64,000 bases of DNA from a virus: positions 64,001-128,000 of IMG/VR virus record IMGVR_UViG_3300012147_000006; one strand, 5' to 3'. The position numbers and the translations under genes are program-made. Below are positions 18,218 through 27,081 of the stretch, piece after piece. Position 1 is the first letter of the stretch, and each line of letters starts with the position of its first letter. The notes beneath the pieces are model-generated. The model saw nothing but the letters and a program-made list of their open reading frames with translations. It did not search any database and had not been told where the DNA came from.

Positions 18218-18787
18218 TTATCCCTCAATTAGGTACATATTACCATTCATATTGAAAGAAATTAAGTTGTTAAAGTCAAGCGTTCTGAAAAAGAAGTTAT
18301 TTTCTTCGTTAATCGTTCCACGTCCTGCAACTGCATTTGGTTTCAATCCCGCAGGTGTAATGTAAGTATCATTCCAAACATCTTTACGGTCAACTAACTT
18401 TCCATCTAAAATCAATTGTGTTTGTGGCTTTGAATGTCCTTCAACAATGAATACTAAGTATCTTTTTTCTTGTGTCTTTGTGTCCATACACACTGGGTTT
18501 CCTTCTGAAACATAATCTTTACCTCTCATTGGTTGCGCTTCAAAAACAATTTCCTTTCCCTCTCTGTCAAGAATTTTGTTAACTTTCTTTGCATAATCAC
18601 TCCCTATTGTTGCGTTCGTTTCAACCATTTTCTGTAAAACTTTCTTACCTTTTACAGTTTTAGACTTTGACTCGTCTACTAAGTATGCAATGTTTGAAAA
18701 TGCTACACCCGAAGCCGAAACTTCTTTTTTGTAGTTAGTGAACATTGTTACTGCTTGGTCTCTTGTAATTCTTACTAAATTTTTCAT
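18218..18787 (-). CDS. Hypothetical protein
   Basis: ORF after the promoter at 18817; terminator at 18171-18200. Confidence 0.85.
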   Translation of the reverse strand: MKNLVRITRDQAVTMFTNYKKEVSASGVAFSNIAYLVDESKSKTVKGKKVLQKMVETNATIGSDYAKKVNKILDREGKEIVFEAQPMRGKDYVSEGNPVCMDTKTQEKRYLVFIVEGHSKPQTQLILDGKLVDRKDVWNDTYITPAGLKPNAVAGRGTINEENNFFFRTLDFNNLISFNMNGNMYLIEG

Positions 18788-18816
18788 AATGTTTGTTTTA
18801 TTATTGGTTACATACT

Positions 18817-18943
18817 TATAACGATATGTTTTTAAAAAGTTACAAAATCAAATTTCTACCTTAGAAAGTTCGCTTACTTTCTTATACGCAAATAAAAATT
18901 AATGTTCTATATCTTTGTAACTTTTTGAATTTTGGTCGTTATA
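18817..18943. promoter_or_regulatory. Divergent pair of class I promoters (strand switch point)
   Basis: Minus copy 18817-18844 precedes 18218..18787(-); plus copy 18916-18943 precedes 18972..19232(+). Confidence 0.85.
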
Positions 18944-18971
18944 TATATGTAACCAATAAAAACATTAAAAG

Positions 18972-19232
18972 ATGATTGATTTAACGCAAGAGCAAAAGAA
19001 CAAAATTCAGGAGAATACTGTAAGAGATTCAGGAGTCATTTGCTTTGAAGAGTACCATTCAGCTGACGGTGAAGTAACAGTAACCAATATTAATATTAAC
19101 AAGCAGCCTGGATTCTATGCCGACAGGGTATATACCTTAAAAAACAAAAACAAAAACATTCTTGTCTCTAAAAGCGCTGGTGATATTCTTGATGAATATA
19201 CAAAGATAATGCTTGTAAAATTAAAATTGTAA
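18972..19232 (+). CDS. Hypothetical protein
   Basis: ORF between the two plus-oriented class I elements; stop in TTGTAA. Confidence 0.8.
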   Translation: MIDLTQEQKNKIQENTVRDSGVICFEEYHSADGEVTVTNININKQPGFYADRVYTLKNKNKNILVSKSAGDILDEYTKIMLVKLKL

Positions 19233-19281
19233 CTTTTTAAATTCCTGTCGTTATATTAATGTAACCAAACAAGTAGAAATT

Positions 19282-19422
19282 ATGAGCAAAGATATTAAAG
19301 CACCAAAGTTTGAAGTCATTCAATTGACGCAAGGTGAGATACAAGATGCAATGAAGCATAGCGTACACAAGTCTAAGAAGACGTACACACGAAAGGCAAA
19401 GCACAAAGGTAAGAGGTACTAA
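19282..19422 (+). CDS. Small basic protein with ArfA-like tail (46 aa)
   Basis: Read manually: MSKDIKAPK...VHKSKKTYTRKAKHKGKRY*; follows the promoter at 19228. Confidence 0.7.
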   Translation: MSKDIKAPKFEVIQLTQGEIQDAMKHSVHKSKKTYTRKAKHKGKRY

Positions 19423-20223
19423 CCCCCTACCCTGTTTAAGCCCCTTACAGATAGGCTCTTATTTAAGGGGTCTATTTAAGGCTCGGAAGGAAAATAAGCC
19501 CCTAAAAAAGCCGCCCCTCCATAGGGGGTCCAAGACCTCTCACGAATTTTTCCCCATTTTTTTTACAATATTCTCAACCAACGTATATTCCCTATCATAC
19601 GCATTGTTGCTCCAGGTTTATTATTATTTTTCTCAACCAATCCCGTCAAGGACAAAATGTCCTATAGAATGTCTTTGAGAATTGTGAATATAAGCTATAT
19701 TGCTTATAAAGGACAATATAAGCTCCTGGGCTTATAATACGTTCGGAATGACCATCGGAATTTTCTTAATACTTATTTGCCGCATCCTTTACTGCGATTA
19801 GGATAGCTAACTGCCGTAACGTTCGGAATAAATAGTTCTTTCATCATGACGAGGAAAAGTTTTCTCTTTGTTAATAAGTCAATCCTTAAAAATTTTTTCC
19901 CAAATTTTTTAAGCTAATTTCTGGACCAATTACGCTCGGAATGACCATCGGAATCTCTCTGAGAAAAAACCTCTACACAACACTGATAGCAAAGCTTTAA
20001 CGAGCGGAATGACCATCGGAATTATTTGCCGCATAAAGCGCTGCGATTAGGTGTTCTATTTGCCGCACTCAAAGATATTGTTCATTCGTCATGACGAACA
20101 AGAAACTTTCTCTGGGGGGTAGGGGGTCCGTATAAGGGGGTGCCCCTTTTTCCTATGGACTTACAAAAAGTGAATCCTTAAAAATTTTTTCCCAAATTTT
20201 TTATTGTAAATTTTGGGAACAAG
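19423..20223. repeat. Non-coding region with nested direct repeats (candidate origin or terminus)
   Basis: CGGAATGACCATCGGAAT x3 (19744, 19937, 20005), TATTTGCCGCA x3 (19774, 20023, 20057), CTGCGATTAGG x2, AATCCTTAAAAATTTTTTCCCAAATTTTT x2 (19881, 20173); no ORF of 60 aa or more. Confidence 0.8.
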
Positions 20224-20392
20224 TTAACAGTGGTCTTTGAATAGTTTCTTCATTCTATGTATGTGAGAAATGACAAGACACTTATATGCAAGGTGCAGCA
20301 ACGAAGTTTCTGATAGGCCCATCTTTTTTCTCTTCAAATGTTCGAGTATATTCTTCGTACTTAAATTCCCAGAGTTCTATATCTTCATTCAT
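20224..20392 (-). pseudogene. Frameshifted member of the [DK][HY]C-tail family
   Basis: MNEDIELWEFKYEEY.. continues in a shifted frame as MGLSETSLLHLAYKCL..RMKKLFKDHC*; aligns with 20392..20580. Confidence 0.6.
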
Positions 20393-20580
20393 TAGCAGTA
20401 ATCTTGTATTATTTTTTCACGCCTACACCTGACAGCCAAATCCAGGAAACGATAAGCTCTAACGAGTTCATGAGTACCTGTGCTGAGGCCCCAGAAATGG
20501 ACTTCAGTTTCATAATCTCCTATTGATTGGTTGCACCTGGTTTCCCACTTAATTATTTCTTCTCTTGTAATCTTACTCAC
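20392..20580 (-). CDS. Small protein, [DK][HY]C-tail family
   Basis: Ends REKIIQDYC. Confidence 0.75.
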   Translation of the reverse strand: MSKITREEIIKWETRCNQSIGDYETEVHFWGLSTGTHELVRAYRFLDLAVRCRREKIIQDYC

Positions 20581-20758
20581 AGTGTTTTCTATATATTTTA
20601 TGGTAATGCAATTTAATAATCCAATAGTGAGACTCCTCTTGTTTGTCTTCTCCCATGATTCTTAAATTACTTTCCATTAGATTCAACAATTGCTCCAGCG
20701 TCAAACCTTGTTGCTTGAGAACTCCATTGACTTCTTCTTTTGTTAGGTTATTTATCAC
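20573..20758 (-). CDS. Small protein, [DK][HY]C-tail family
   Basis: Ends KIYRKHCE. Confidence 0.75.
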   Translation of the reverse strand: MINNLTKEEVNGVLKQQGLTLEQLLNLMESNLRIMGEDKQEESHYWIIKLHYHKIYRKHCE

Positions 20759-20987
20759 AATGCTTCAATTTAATTAACATCATCCTATATTCAATTGAAT
20801 TTGTTACACAGAAGAGTGCGGTTTCTTCCCACCCTCTCTTGGAGCCAAGTCTATTCTGAACTGAACCGTCACTTCTAATGTGACTTACATATCCGCAATC
20901 CATAGCCTTGCAGTACTTAACATAATCAAGGTCATAAATTTTGGTCCTATATTCCAATTCGTTTATATCATTTCTAAAATCATCCAC
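20748..20987 (-). CDS. Small protein, [DK][HY]C-tail family
   Basis: Ends RMMLIKLKHCDK. Confidence 0.75.
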   Translation of the reverse strand: MDDFRNDINELEYRTKIYDLDYVKYCKAMDCGYVSHIRSDGSVQNRLGSKRGWEETALFCVTNSIEYRMMLIKLKHCDK

Positions 20988-21186
20988 AGTGGTCTTGTTT
21001 TATTTTTATCATTCTAAGTTGTATTACCTTAAATATTGAAAACACTGACATTTCAGCACATTCTTCATATGACATTTCAATGGTATTATCGTAGAGATTG
21101 TCTAAATATTCTTGATGGACGGTTTCCCAGTTAATAATTTGGTTCTCGGTGACCTTGCCTCCCCTCCTTCTTCTAATATTCGCCAT
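20980..21186 (-). CDS. Small protein, [DK][HY]C-tail family
   Basis: Ends RMIKIKQDHCG. Confidence 0.75.
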   Translation of the reverse strand: MANIRRRRGGKVTENQIINWETVHQEYLDNLYDNTIEMSYEECAEMSVFSIFKVIQLRMIKIKQDHCG

Positions 21187-21430
21187 GGTCTCTAAGTATC
21201 TTTTTCATCCTGTAGTAAATTGATTTCATAAGTGCGTCACATGCTCTCCCAAGAGATAACATGGAGTCTTTGTTGCATTCATAATTAATGTCGTAGTGAC
21301 GAATGTTGTCCTCCAGGGAAAAAGTCTGTTCTATGATTTTTTCAGTAGAAGTAACTTGGAAGTTTAAATATATAAGTTCTCCTTTTGGAGTTATAATCCC
21401 TGGCGGTATAAATTCTTTTCCTTTATGCAC
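21173..21430 (-). CDS. Small protein, [DK][HY]C-tail family (variant)
   Basis: Ends RMKKILRDHGEY. Confidence 0.7.
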   Translation of the reverse strand: MHKGKEFIPPGIITPKGELIYLNFQVTSTEKIIEQTFSLEDNIRHYDINYECNKDSMLSLGRACDALMKSIYYRMKKILRDHGEY

Positions 21431-21713
21431 AGTGTTTTTTTAAAATTAATAAATTCATGTAATACAAATATTTCTCCAGGTGATACATGGTAAACTCATC
21501 TTTATACTCTCCTTGTTTAAAGTAAGCATCTGAATATCTCTTATGAGATTCAACATTATTCTCAATGCTATCCTTGGTATCAATAAAAATGTCCCTCATA
21601 TGAATGGGTGGCATTCTAAGCGATTTCCTCAAACTTGCAAGAAACCGTTCCATATCCTCATCGCTAACTGTATTTGGATACACGACAAACGTTCTTTTAT
21701 TATCCTTACTCAC
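21423..21713 (-). CDS. Small protein, [DK][HY]C-tail family
   Basis: Ends LLILKKHCA. Confidence 0.75.
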   Translation of the reverse strand: MSKDNKRTFVVYPNTVSDEDMERFLASLRKSLRMPPIHMRDIFIDTKDSIENNVESHKRYSDAYFKQGEYKDEFTMYHLEKYLYYMNLLILKKHCA

Positions 21714-21801
21714 AATGCTTCTCTTTTATGTTATAGTGCATTAGGTGGATGCATTTCTTGGGCTTGAACTCGTTGGGGTCATATATATTCTGTTCACTCA
21801 C
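21706..21801 (-). CDS. 31-aa peptide, [DK][HY]C-tail family
   Basis: Read manually from GTG: MSEQNIYD...YNIKEKHCE*; fills the gap with the same 8-nt overlaps as its neighbours. Confidence 0.55.
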   Translation of the reverse strand: MSEQNIYDPNEFKPKKCIHLMHYNIKEKHCE

Positions 21802-22132
21802 AGTAGTCCTTTCTTATTTTCTTCTCCATCACAGTCAAGAGGTTTGCCAGAATATCTTTCCTAAGAAAGTCTGGAATATCTGTATCAAGCATTGACTTCA
21901 TCTTCTCTACTCTTCCCTCCAGAGAAAGAGTGCTAAGTTCAATTGTTTTTGTTTTAGCTATTTCCTTATCAATTTCTTTTTTAAGAATGCTTGTGAGAGC
22001 TGCTTCTATGTCAATGCCATACAGTTCCAACAGCTCTCTTGTTTCTTGTGAAACAGGCTTAATTGAGAACTCGGTGCCATGGAATTCATAGGTGTATTCT
22101 TCTGTTGGCAATTTTATCTCTTCTTTTGTCAT
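21794..22132 (-). CDS. Small protein, [DK][HY]C-tail family
   Basis: Ends EKKIRKDYCE. Confidence 0.75.
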   Translation of the reverse strand: MTKEEIKLPTEEYTYEFHGTEFSIKPVSQETRELLELYGIDIEAALTSILKKEIDKEIAKTKTIELSTLSLEGRVEKMKSMLDTDIPDFLRKDILANLLTVMEKKIRKDYCE

Positions 22133-22395
22133 TAGCAGTGGTCTATTTTTATTTTCTTCATCATAACTCCTATTATTGTATCGAGCGTCAATAATTTTTC
22201 TGTAATTGTTCGCTCATGCGTAATTCTCTCCTTAAGATTTGTTAGCTGCGTGCTTATGCTAATTGTTGAAAGTCCTGCTATTTGCATCATCTCATTGAAT
22301 GCTTCGGCTCCCATATTTTCTCCGTCAACCACAAATCCCACAATATTGGTACCAGTCTGGTTCCAGACAATCTCTGTTTTATTCGATTCGTTCAT
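22132..22395 (-). CDS. Small protein, [DK][HY]C-tail family
   Basis: Ends MMKKIKIDHC; first gene of the operon. Confidence 0.75.
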   Translation of the reverse strand: MNESNKTEIVWNQTGTNIVGFVVDGENMGAEAFNEMMQIAGLSTISISTQLTNLKERITHERTITEKLLTLDTIIGVMMKKIKIDHC

Positions 22396-22400
22396 GTGCT

Positions 22401-22430
22401 CAAAGTTATGAAAAAATGGTCAATTTTCAA
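22401..22430 (-). promoter_or_regulatory. Bacteroidota primary-sigma (-33/-7) promoter
   Basis: TTG-N19-TAACTTTG; similar elements at 25903-25933, 29905-29935 and 47898-47928 (N20). Confidence 0.75.
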
Positions 22431-22482
22431 AAAGAATGTATATTTATTAAATATAACAAAACAACACAAAAACAAAACAATT

Positions 22483-22704
22483 ATGGCATTACCAGGAGTA
22501 TCATTTAAGGAATTCGTAAAGAATCCGATAGTGGCATTACTCTTCATGTCCCTAATGGCGGTGGGTTACCTTTATTACGATAATAAGAGTACCTTAACGT
22601 CACAAGTGGAGACATTGCAAGAGGACATTAAAACCCTCAAAGAGGATTACAAAGAATTAAACGAGAAGTTCATTGAGTCACTCAAAGAGCTTCACAATCA
22701 CTAA
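22483..22704 (+). CDS. Small membrane protein with coiled coil
   Basis: Start corrected to MALPGV; one hydrophobic helix; TATTTAT motif at 22441. Confidence 0.7.
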   Translation: MALPGVSFKEFVKNPIVALLFMSLMAVGYLYYDNKSTLTSQVETLQEDIKTLKEDYKELNEKFIESLKELHNH

Positions 22705-22709
22705 AAAAT

Positions 22710-23270
22710 ATGAAAAAAGAATATAAGAAAGCTATATTAATAGCGGTATCAGGATTGGCGCTGATGTTCATGGTTAAAATGTGCAAGTCAGAAGATTTCA
22801 CAAAGATTTACCAGAAGGATAAGGAGGATATAAAAAAGTTAGGAGAGTTGCAGCACGAGAGCGACAGCTTGCTAACAGAGATGCTTCATGACCTTGATAC
22901 CAGGAGAAATATGTACAGCAGTGAGATTGACAGCTTGAACAACATCGTCCTAAACGATAACCTTACAGTAGAAGAGGTTGAGAAACTTAAAAAGAAAGTG
23001 AAAGATGCGCAGAAGCTATTGAAGGATGCTCAAGATGCCAAGGGTGTTATTATAATTGACGCTGGCATGACGATTAGCGAAATAGTTCTTGACTCAATTA
23101 TTTACAACTATATTTACAAAGATTCTGTACAGTGGAATATTGTTGAGAAAGACTCTATTGTATACAACATAGTCCACAAAGACACTGTGATTGACAGGAA
23201 AGTTTATAAAATAGACACTGTTTACTATGACGGTGATGACGTTAAGAAGCTGAAGCTTAAAAACGATTAA
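22710..23270 (+). CDS. Membrane-anchored coiled-coil protein
   Basis: N-terminal hydrophobic segment, coiled coil, repeated D(S/T)-hydrophobic motifs. Confidence 0.7.
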   Translation: MKKEYKKAILIAVSGLALMFMVKMCKSEDFTKIYQKDKEDIKKLGELQHESDSLLTEMLHDLDTRRNMYSSEIDSLNNIVLNDNLTVEEVEKLKKKVKDAQKLLKDAQDAKGVIIIDAGMTISEIVLDSIIYNYIYKDSVQWNIVEKDSIVYNIVHKDTVIDRKVYKIDTVYYDGDDVKKLKLKND

Positions 23271-23330
23271 GAGGTCAAAAAATTTTTACGTAAAAACGGT
23301 CATTCTAAATTTAGAGTGACTTTTTTTATT

Positions 23331-23753
23331 TTAGACCTTTGACATTACCCAGCTGCTATTTTCCCATTTGCCAGCGCCATAATATTTAACATTACCACCA
23401 CACTTAGGGCAAGGATTGTGAGCCCACATATCACTTTGCATTCCTATCGCTTCGCAGTTACCGCATCTGTTGACTTTTGTAAATGTTCCTCTATAGTATG
23501 TGATGCCAGGTTTAACATGCTCAACTTTCTTCTTTGGTGGAGTTGGCATTGTGCCTTCTTTAATTATCCTTGATGGTGGCGGAGGTGGTGGAGCAACTCT
23601 ACCTTTGATTACCTTTTTGATTGCACCTCCTTCATCACGAATAAATTCATTAATGTTAAACTTGGGTTCTTCCTTAATTTTTTCTCTGGCTTTAATCTTG
23701 GCAATAGCCTTAGACTTAATTCCGATTATGTATCCAATTGCAAATGCAATCAC
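23331..23753 (-). CDS. Hypothetical protein with poly-Pro tract and Zn ribbon
   Basis: PPPPPP; CGNC..CPKC. Confidence 0.65.
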   Translation of the reverse strand: MIAFAIGYIIGIKSKAIAKIKAREKIKEEPKFNINEFIRDEGGAIKKVIKGRVAPPPPPPSRIIKEGTMPTPPKKKVEHVKPGITYYRGTFTKVNRCGNCEAIGMQSDMWAHNPCPKCGGNVKYYGAGKWENSSWVMSKV

Positions 23754-23772
23754 TGCTATAAAAAATATCCCA

Positions 23773-24009
23773 TTATTTAAAGTCTATGTGAAATGTAACA
23801 TCTGTTGTATCGTTGTTATGCATTTCGTAAATATAAGTTGTATCTCCTTCTGCGGAAATCTCAAGTGTTGGCTCCATTGGACTGTCGAGTCTTGTTGATA
23901 GCTTGGTTACGTGTATTGCGTTAATTACGATTACCAGAAGTATCATCCCAAGGATTCCTGGGAGTATCTTTAGAAAGTAATCTAAAAAGCTATTGTGTGG
24001 TTCTTTCAT
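23773..24009 (-). CDS. Small membrane protein
   Basis: One TM helix. Confidence 0.65.
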   Translation of the reverse strand: MKEPHNSFLDYFLKILPGILGMILLVIVINAIHVTKLSTRLDSPMEPTLEISAEGDTTYIYEMHNNDTTDVTFHIDFK

Positions 24010-24533
24010 ATATTAATTGGCGCTTTGGTGCTGTTTACAATCTCCTGGAGCCACGTTCTCTTCTCTTCGGCAATATCTCTTAGATTTTTCATAACGATGT
24101 CTGTAAGGACTTCTTTTTTGATTCTCTCGTAGAAGTTTTTCCCCTCTACATTATCCCAAGCTTTCTTTTCATCATCACGAAGTTTAGCGGCTCTATCGTA
24201 TTCTTGGGCTACTATCATTTCGCCTTTCTCCTCTTTGATTCTGATGAGTTCAGCAATACCGCAATCTTTAGATATTTCTTGATACTTTTCATTAGCAACG
24301 CTCTTCACTTCTTCAGATAAACCTCCTGCTCCGAATCTTTTAGTCAATTTTTCACCAGACACAAGTTGAATTGTGAATTGTACGTGAACGGTTTTCTTTT
24401 TTGGATTGATGATGTCTTTTGTTATATCTAAAAAAGATTTTGTCTCCAATTCTGGAATATACTCCTCCAATTCTGAAATCGTCTCAATGTATTCAGCTGT
24501 AAATATTTTATCATCTAATCTTAGTGTTGTCAT
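24006..24533 (-). CDS. UVR (UvrB/UvrC) motif protein
   Basis: QEYDRAAKLRDDEK. Confidence 0.7.
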   Translation of the reverse strand: MTTLRLDDKIFTAEYIETISELEEYIPELETKSFLDITKDIINPKKKTVHVQFTIQLVSGEKLTKRFGAGGLSEEVKSVANEKYQEISKDCGIAELIRIKEEKGEMIVAQEYDRAAKLRDDEKKAWDNVEGKNFYERIKKEVLTDIVMKNLRDIAEEKRTWLQEIVNSTKAPINI

Positions 24534-24862
24534 TATATTTTATTTAAAGTATCTGTAACAATGTCAAGCGCTGCAGGGCGAGTGCTTCCTTTTCTGTCAA
24601 GGTCTCCTTCTGTGATTCCTTTTCCCTTGTATTTTTCGAACAAAGCAGAGATGTCAGCCATGAAATCTCTGAAGTGAATGTTTACCTCTGTAATACTTTC
24701 TGACTCAACATAGAATCTAAGTTCGTAATTGCTTTCAGTGATGCCGTAGCCGTTTTTAATTCTAAGAATGGCAGCGTCAACCTGTTCAGCATCTTGGTAT
24801 TCCAGGAGCCTTTTATATTCACGATGTTCTCTGGTTTTCTCCAAAAATTCTTCTTCGTTCAT
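24533..24862 (-). CDS. Hypothetical protein
   Basis: ORF with TAATG coupling. Confidence 0.75.
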   Translation of the reverse strand: MNEEEFLEKTREHREYKRLLEYQDAEQVDAAILRIKNGYGITESNYELRFYVESESITEVNIHFRDFMADISALFEKYKGKGITEGDLDRKGSTRPAALDIVTDTLNKI

Positions 24863-24863
24863 C

Positions 24864-25116
24864 TTAGTATTTTTTAATCATTGGATGCTCAATTACTTTG
24901 ACAAATTCTTTCTTTGTCAAGTATATGGATTCGATTATTTTTGTCGAGGAGGGCAGATTTATCTGTATCAGTGTATTCATATAAGACAGAGCCTCCGCCA
25001 CAACCGCCAACTTCGTATCTATAACTACGCCATCCAAAGAAAGTTTTCCTCTGGATGGTGTAATCATGTTTTTCTCCATGTTGGACGAATCTTATATTTA
25101 AGACAAGTCTTCCCAC
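24864..25116 (-). CDS. Hypothetical protein with apparent 1-nt frameshift
   Basis: MGRLVL..LLDK joins IIESIYLTKK..KKY* if one A is removed from the A run near 24940. Confidence 0.5.
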
Positions 25117-25872
25117 TTAGAAGTGTATTTTACCAGTTCTTGTGTGGAAGTTGTATAGCTTAACAAGCTCATTGACCATGTCTCCAACTTTAGATTGTTC
25201 ACGAACGATACCTGAGTTAAGTTTAAGCTTGGTAGTCATTTTCTCATGAACATAGTTAGGGTGCATATAAAGTTTAAGCATTGCCTTAACAAACTTTTCT
25301 TTCTTAGCGAAATCATAGTAATTTTCGAAGATAGCCATGTGAGTAAAGAAATCGTCAATGTCGATGTCTTCTCTAAATTCGAAAGAACCTTGTTTAATGT
25401 TGTGTGAGTGAGAACGTGCGTTCTTTGAGATTTTACCGAATGCACCAACTACAGAAATTCTCTGGTCGTATTTAGCACAAAGGTCTAAAAGCATGATGTA
25501 AGAGTCTTTCCCTCTCTTAGCATAGTGACGAGCATAATCCATAGCGTTCCAGTTCTTAGCAGCTCTGTTGATGTCTGCAGCAGCATAGATATGAATATCT
25601 TCTGATACGATGAAATGAATTGGAAGGCCAAGCTCTTTACATGCAAGGTATCTGTTTTGTCCATCGACAATCTCCATTTGCTTGTTAACAAGGATTGGTT
25701 GATATTGAGTATAATCGTTTGCTTCGATTGACTCTTTAACTTTTTTGTAGTGAGACGGGTCTCTGTTGAATTCGCTTAGTACGAACTTTTCATACTGTGT
25801 AGAAATCCAGATTTTAATGTCGGACATCTTTGCGAATGCTGCATCTTGTGCAGTATCATTTTTCGTTTCCAT
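25117..25872 (-). CDS. ParB/Srx N-terminal domain protein
   Basis: PILVN..EIVDGQNRYLACKELG motif. Confidence 0.8.
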   Translation of the reverse strand: METKNDTAQDAAFAKMSDIKIWISTQYEKFVLSEFNRDPSHYKKVKESIEANDYTQYQPILVNKQMEIVDGQNRYLACKELGLPIHFIVSEDIHIYAAADINRAAKNWNAMDYARHYAKRGKDSYIMLLDLCAKYDQRISVVGAFGKISKNARSHSHNIKQGSFEFREDIDIDDFFTHMAIFENYYDFAKKEKFVKAMLKLYMHPNYVHEKMTTKLKLNSGIVREQSKVGDMVNELVKLYNFHTRTGKIHF

Positions 25873-25936
25873 AAATTTTTGTTTTGTAATTAAATTAGAC
25901 TACAAATCTATAGAAACTTTTTAACCCTTGCAAATT

Positions 25937-26146
25937 TTAAATGCAATATTTGCTCATTATTAGCTGAATTTGTCTATCTATAAGGTATTTTTGAGCCTTT
26001 ATTCTTATTAGATTGAGCGATTGATATTCGTCAGTCTCATAAAAGTCAACAATATTTTCGAGGTACCTCTCAATATCTCGTTCGGCTGCTCCAACTATGT
26101 AGTATATTTCTCCGTTGTGGATAAAACACGCATCTTCCTTGCTCAT
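25937..26146 (-). CDS. Small protein, [DK][HY]C-tail family
   Basis: Ends QLIMSKYCI. Confidence 0.65.
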   Translation of the reverse strand: MSKEDACFIHNGEIYYIVGAAERDIERYLENIVDFYETDEYQSLNLIRIKAQKYLIDRQIQLIMSKYCI

Positions 26147-26297
26147 CTATTTGCTTATTATAAGTCTTAATAATAAATATACAATAAATAAGAAGAAATT
26201 TAATTAGAATATTTTTAAATTTAATTAATGGTGAAAAAATTTTGTCGGAATCCGCCTGTCGGCAATGACTGTGCGATGAAAAAATTGTATTATTTTT

Positions 26298-26627
26298 TTA
26301 TAGAAATTTCTTTAAAAAACAAATTCTTTCCTGCTCTAACTTAATGCCTCTTTCTTTAGAGTCAATATATTTTTGAATATCTTCTTTGCTTATTTCTTGA
26401 AAACACGGGTAGTTTTGATTTTTCACCAGTTTCATTTCACGTTCTAATTCTCCTAAGTTGTGTTTAGAACTATTTGTGAAGTTAGTTAACTTGCATAGAT
26501 AAACGCCAGAAAACTTTCCTGGATAGGATTCTATCAATTCACCAGTGTCCTTAATGAATTCTACAATGAAGTCGCCCATTTGGTAAAACTTACTTGGTTC
26601 AAGTTCTTTTCCGCTAAAGTGCTTCAT
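26298..26627 (-). CDS. Hypothetical protein
   Basis: ORF in operon. Confidence 0.7.
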   Translation of the reverse strand: MKHFSGKELEPSKFYQMGDFIVEFIKDTGELIESYPGKFSGVYLCKLTNFTNSSKHNLGELEREMKLVKNQNYPCFQEISKEDIQKYIDSKERGIKLEQERICFLKKFL

Positions 26628-26629
26628 AA

Positions 26630-27079
26630 TTAATCCATTCCATCTACATCATCTTGAGTAATCTCAAGACAATCAAATTTATCCATGCAATCCTCAAGAA
26701 TTACATGCAAGAAAGAGCTGTTGTTTCTTGGAGACAAACCTCTTAACATGGTGTGTCCATTCTTGTTTTTGTACTTCCACACTGGGATGTTCCACTTCTT
26801 ATAACCTGCATCATCATTTTTTGCCCAGCTATCATCATAAGTTTCGAACATATCAATTCTAAGATTTTTGTCTCCGCCAAATCCTGCTCCAAGTCTATTG
26901 AATCCTTTCGGCATTCCAAGAAAAAACTTACCTATGCCAACTGCTGCAGTTCCAGCTCTGTGATTTCCACAAGCTGAACTTAATCCTTCGTCATCTTTCT
27001 TGAAGCATGTAATGTCGCTTCCAGCCATGCATCCTGGGCACTGGTATTCTTCGATTGCGTCTTTAACGTTATCTTTCAT
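26630..27079 (-). CDS. Hypothetical protein (Cys-rich N-terminus)
   Basis: Start corrected to MKDNVK; CPGC..C..C. Confidence 0.75.
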   Translation of the reverse strand: MKDNVKDAIEEYQCPGCMAGSDITCFKKDDEGLSSACGNHRAGTAAVGIGKFFLGMPKGFNRLGAGFGGDKNLRIDMFETYDDSWAKNDDAGYKKWNIPVWKYKNKNGHTMLRGLSPRNNSSFLHVILEDCMDKFDCLEITQDDVDGMD

Positions 27080-27081
27080 GT

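Larger units (their letters stand above)
446..19255. repeat. Dispersed array of 43 copies of a 28-bp element TATAAC-GA-N~8-(w)AAAA-GTTACA (class I ECF-like promoter / cassette boundary)
   Basis: Minus-oriented copies start at about 446, 840, 958, 1560, 1762, 2477, 2587, 2951, 3453, 4809, 5166, 5715, 6099, 6725, 6942, 7590, 8161, 8466, 9030, 9514, 10254, 11181, 11589, 11922, 12237, 12668, 12930, 13046, 13228, 13690, 13925, 14219, 14914, 15634, 15875, 15995, 16711, 17284, 17608, 17901 and 18817. Plus-oriented copies are at 18916 and 19228. Orientation always matches the downstream gene. Confidence 0.95.

Noticed and set aside
446-19255. CRISPR array interpretation of the 28-bp repeats
   Set aside because: Spacing is about 100-1350 bp and contains whole genes, the repeat centre is variable, and no cas genes are present.
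446-19255. Repeats as canonical attC, dif or lox sites
   Set aside because: Too short for attC, the central region varies, the arms match only over about 5-6 bp, and no recombinase is in the window. Orientation and start-codon spacing fit a promoter better, so this is kept only as a secondary hypothesis.
22483-23270. Holin/spanin lysis cassette
   Set aside because: Membrane anchors and coiled coils are suggestive, but there is no adjacent endolysin or diagnostic motif, so they are left as membrane proteins.
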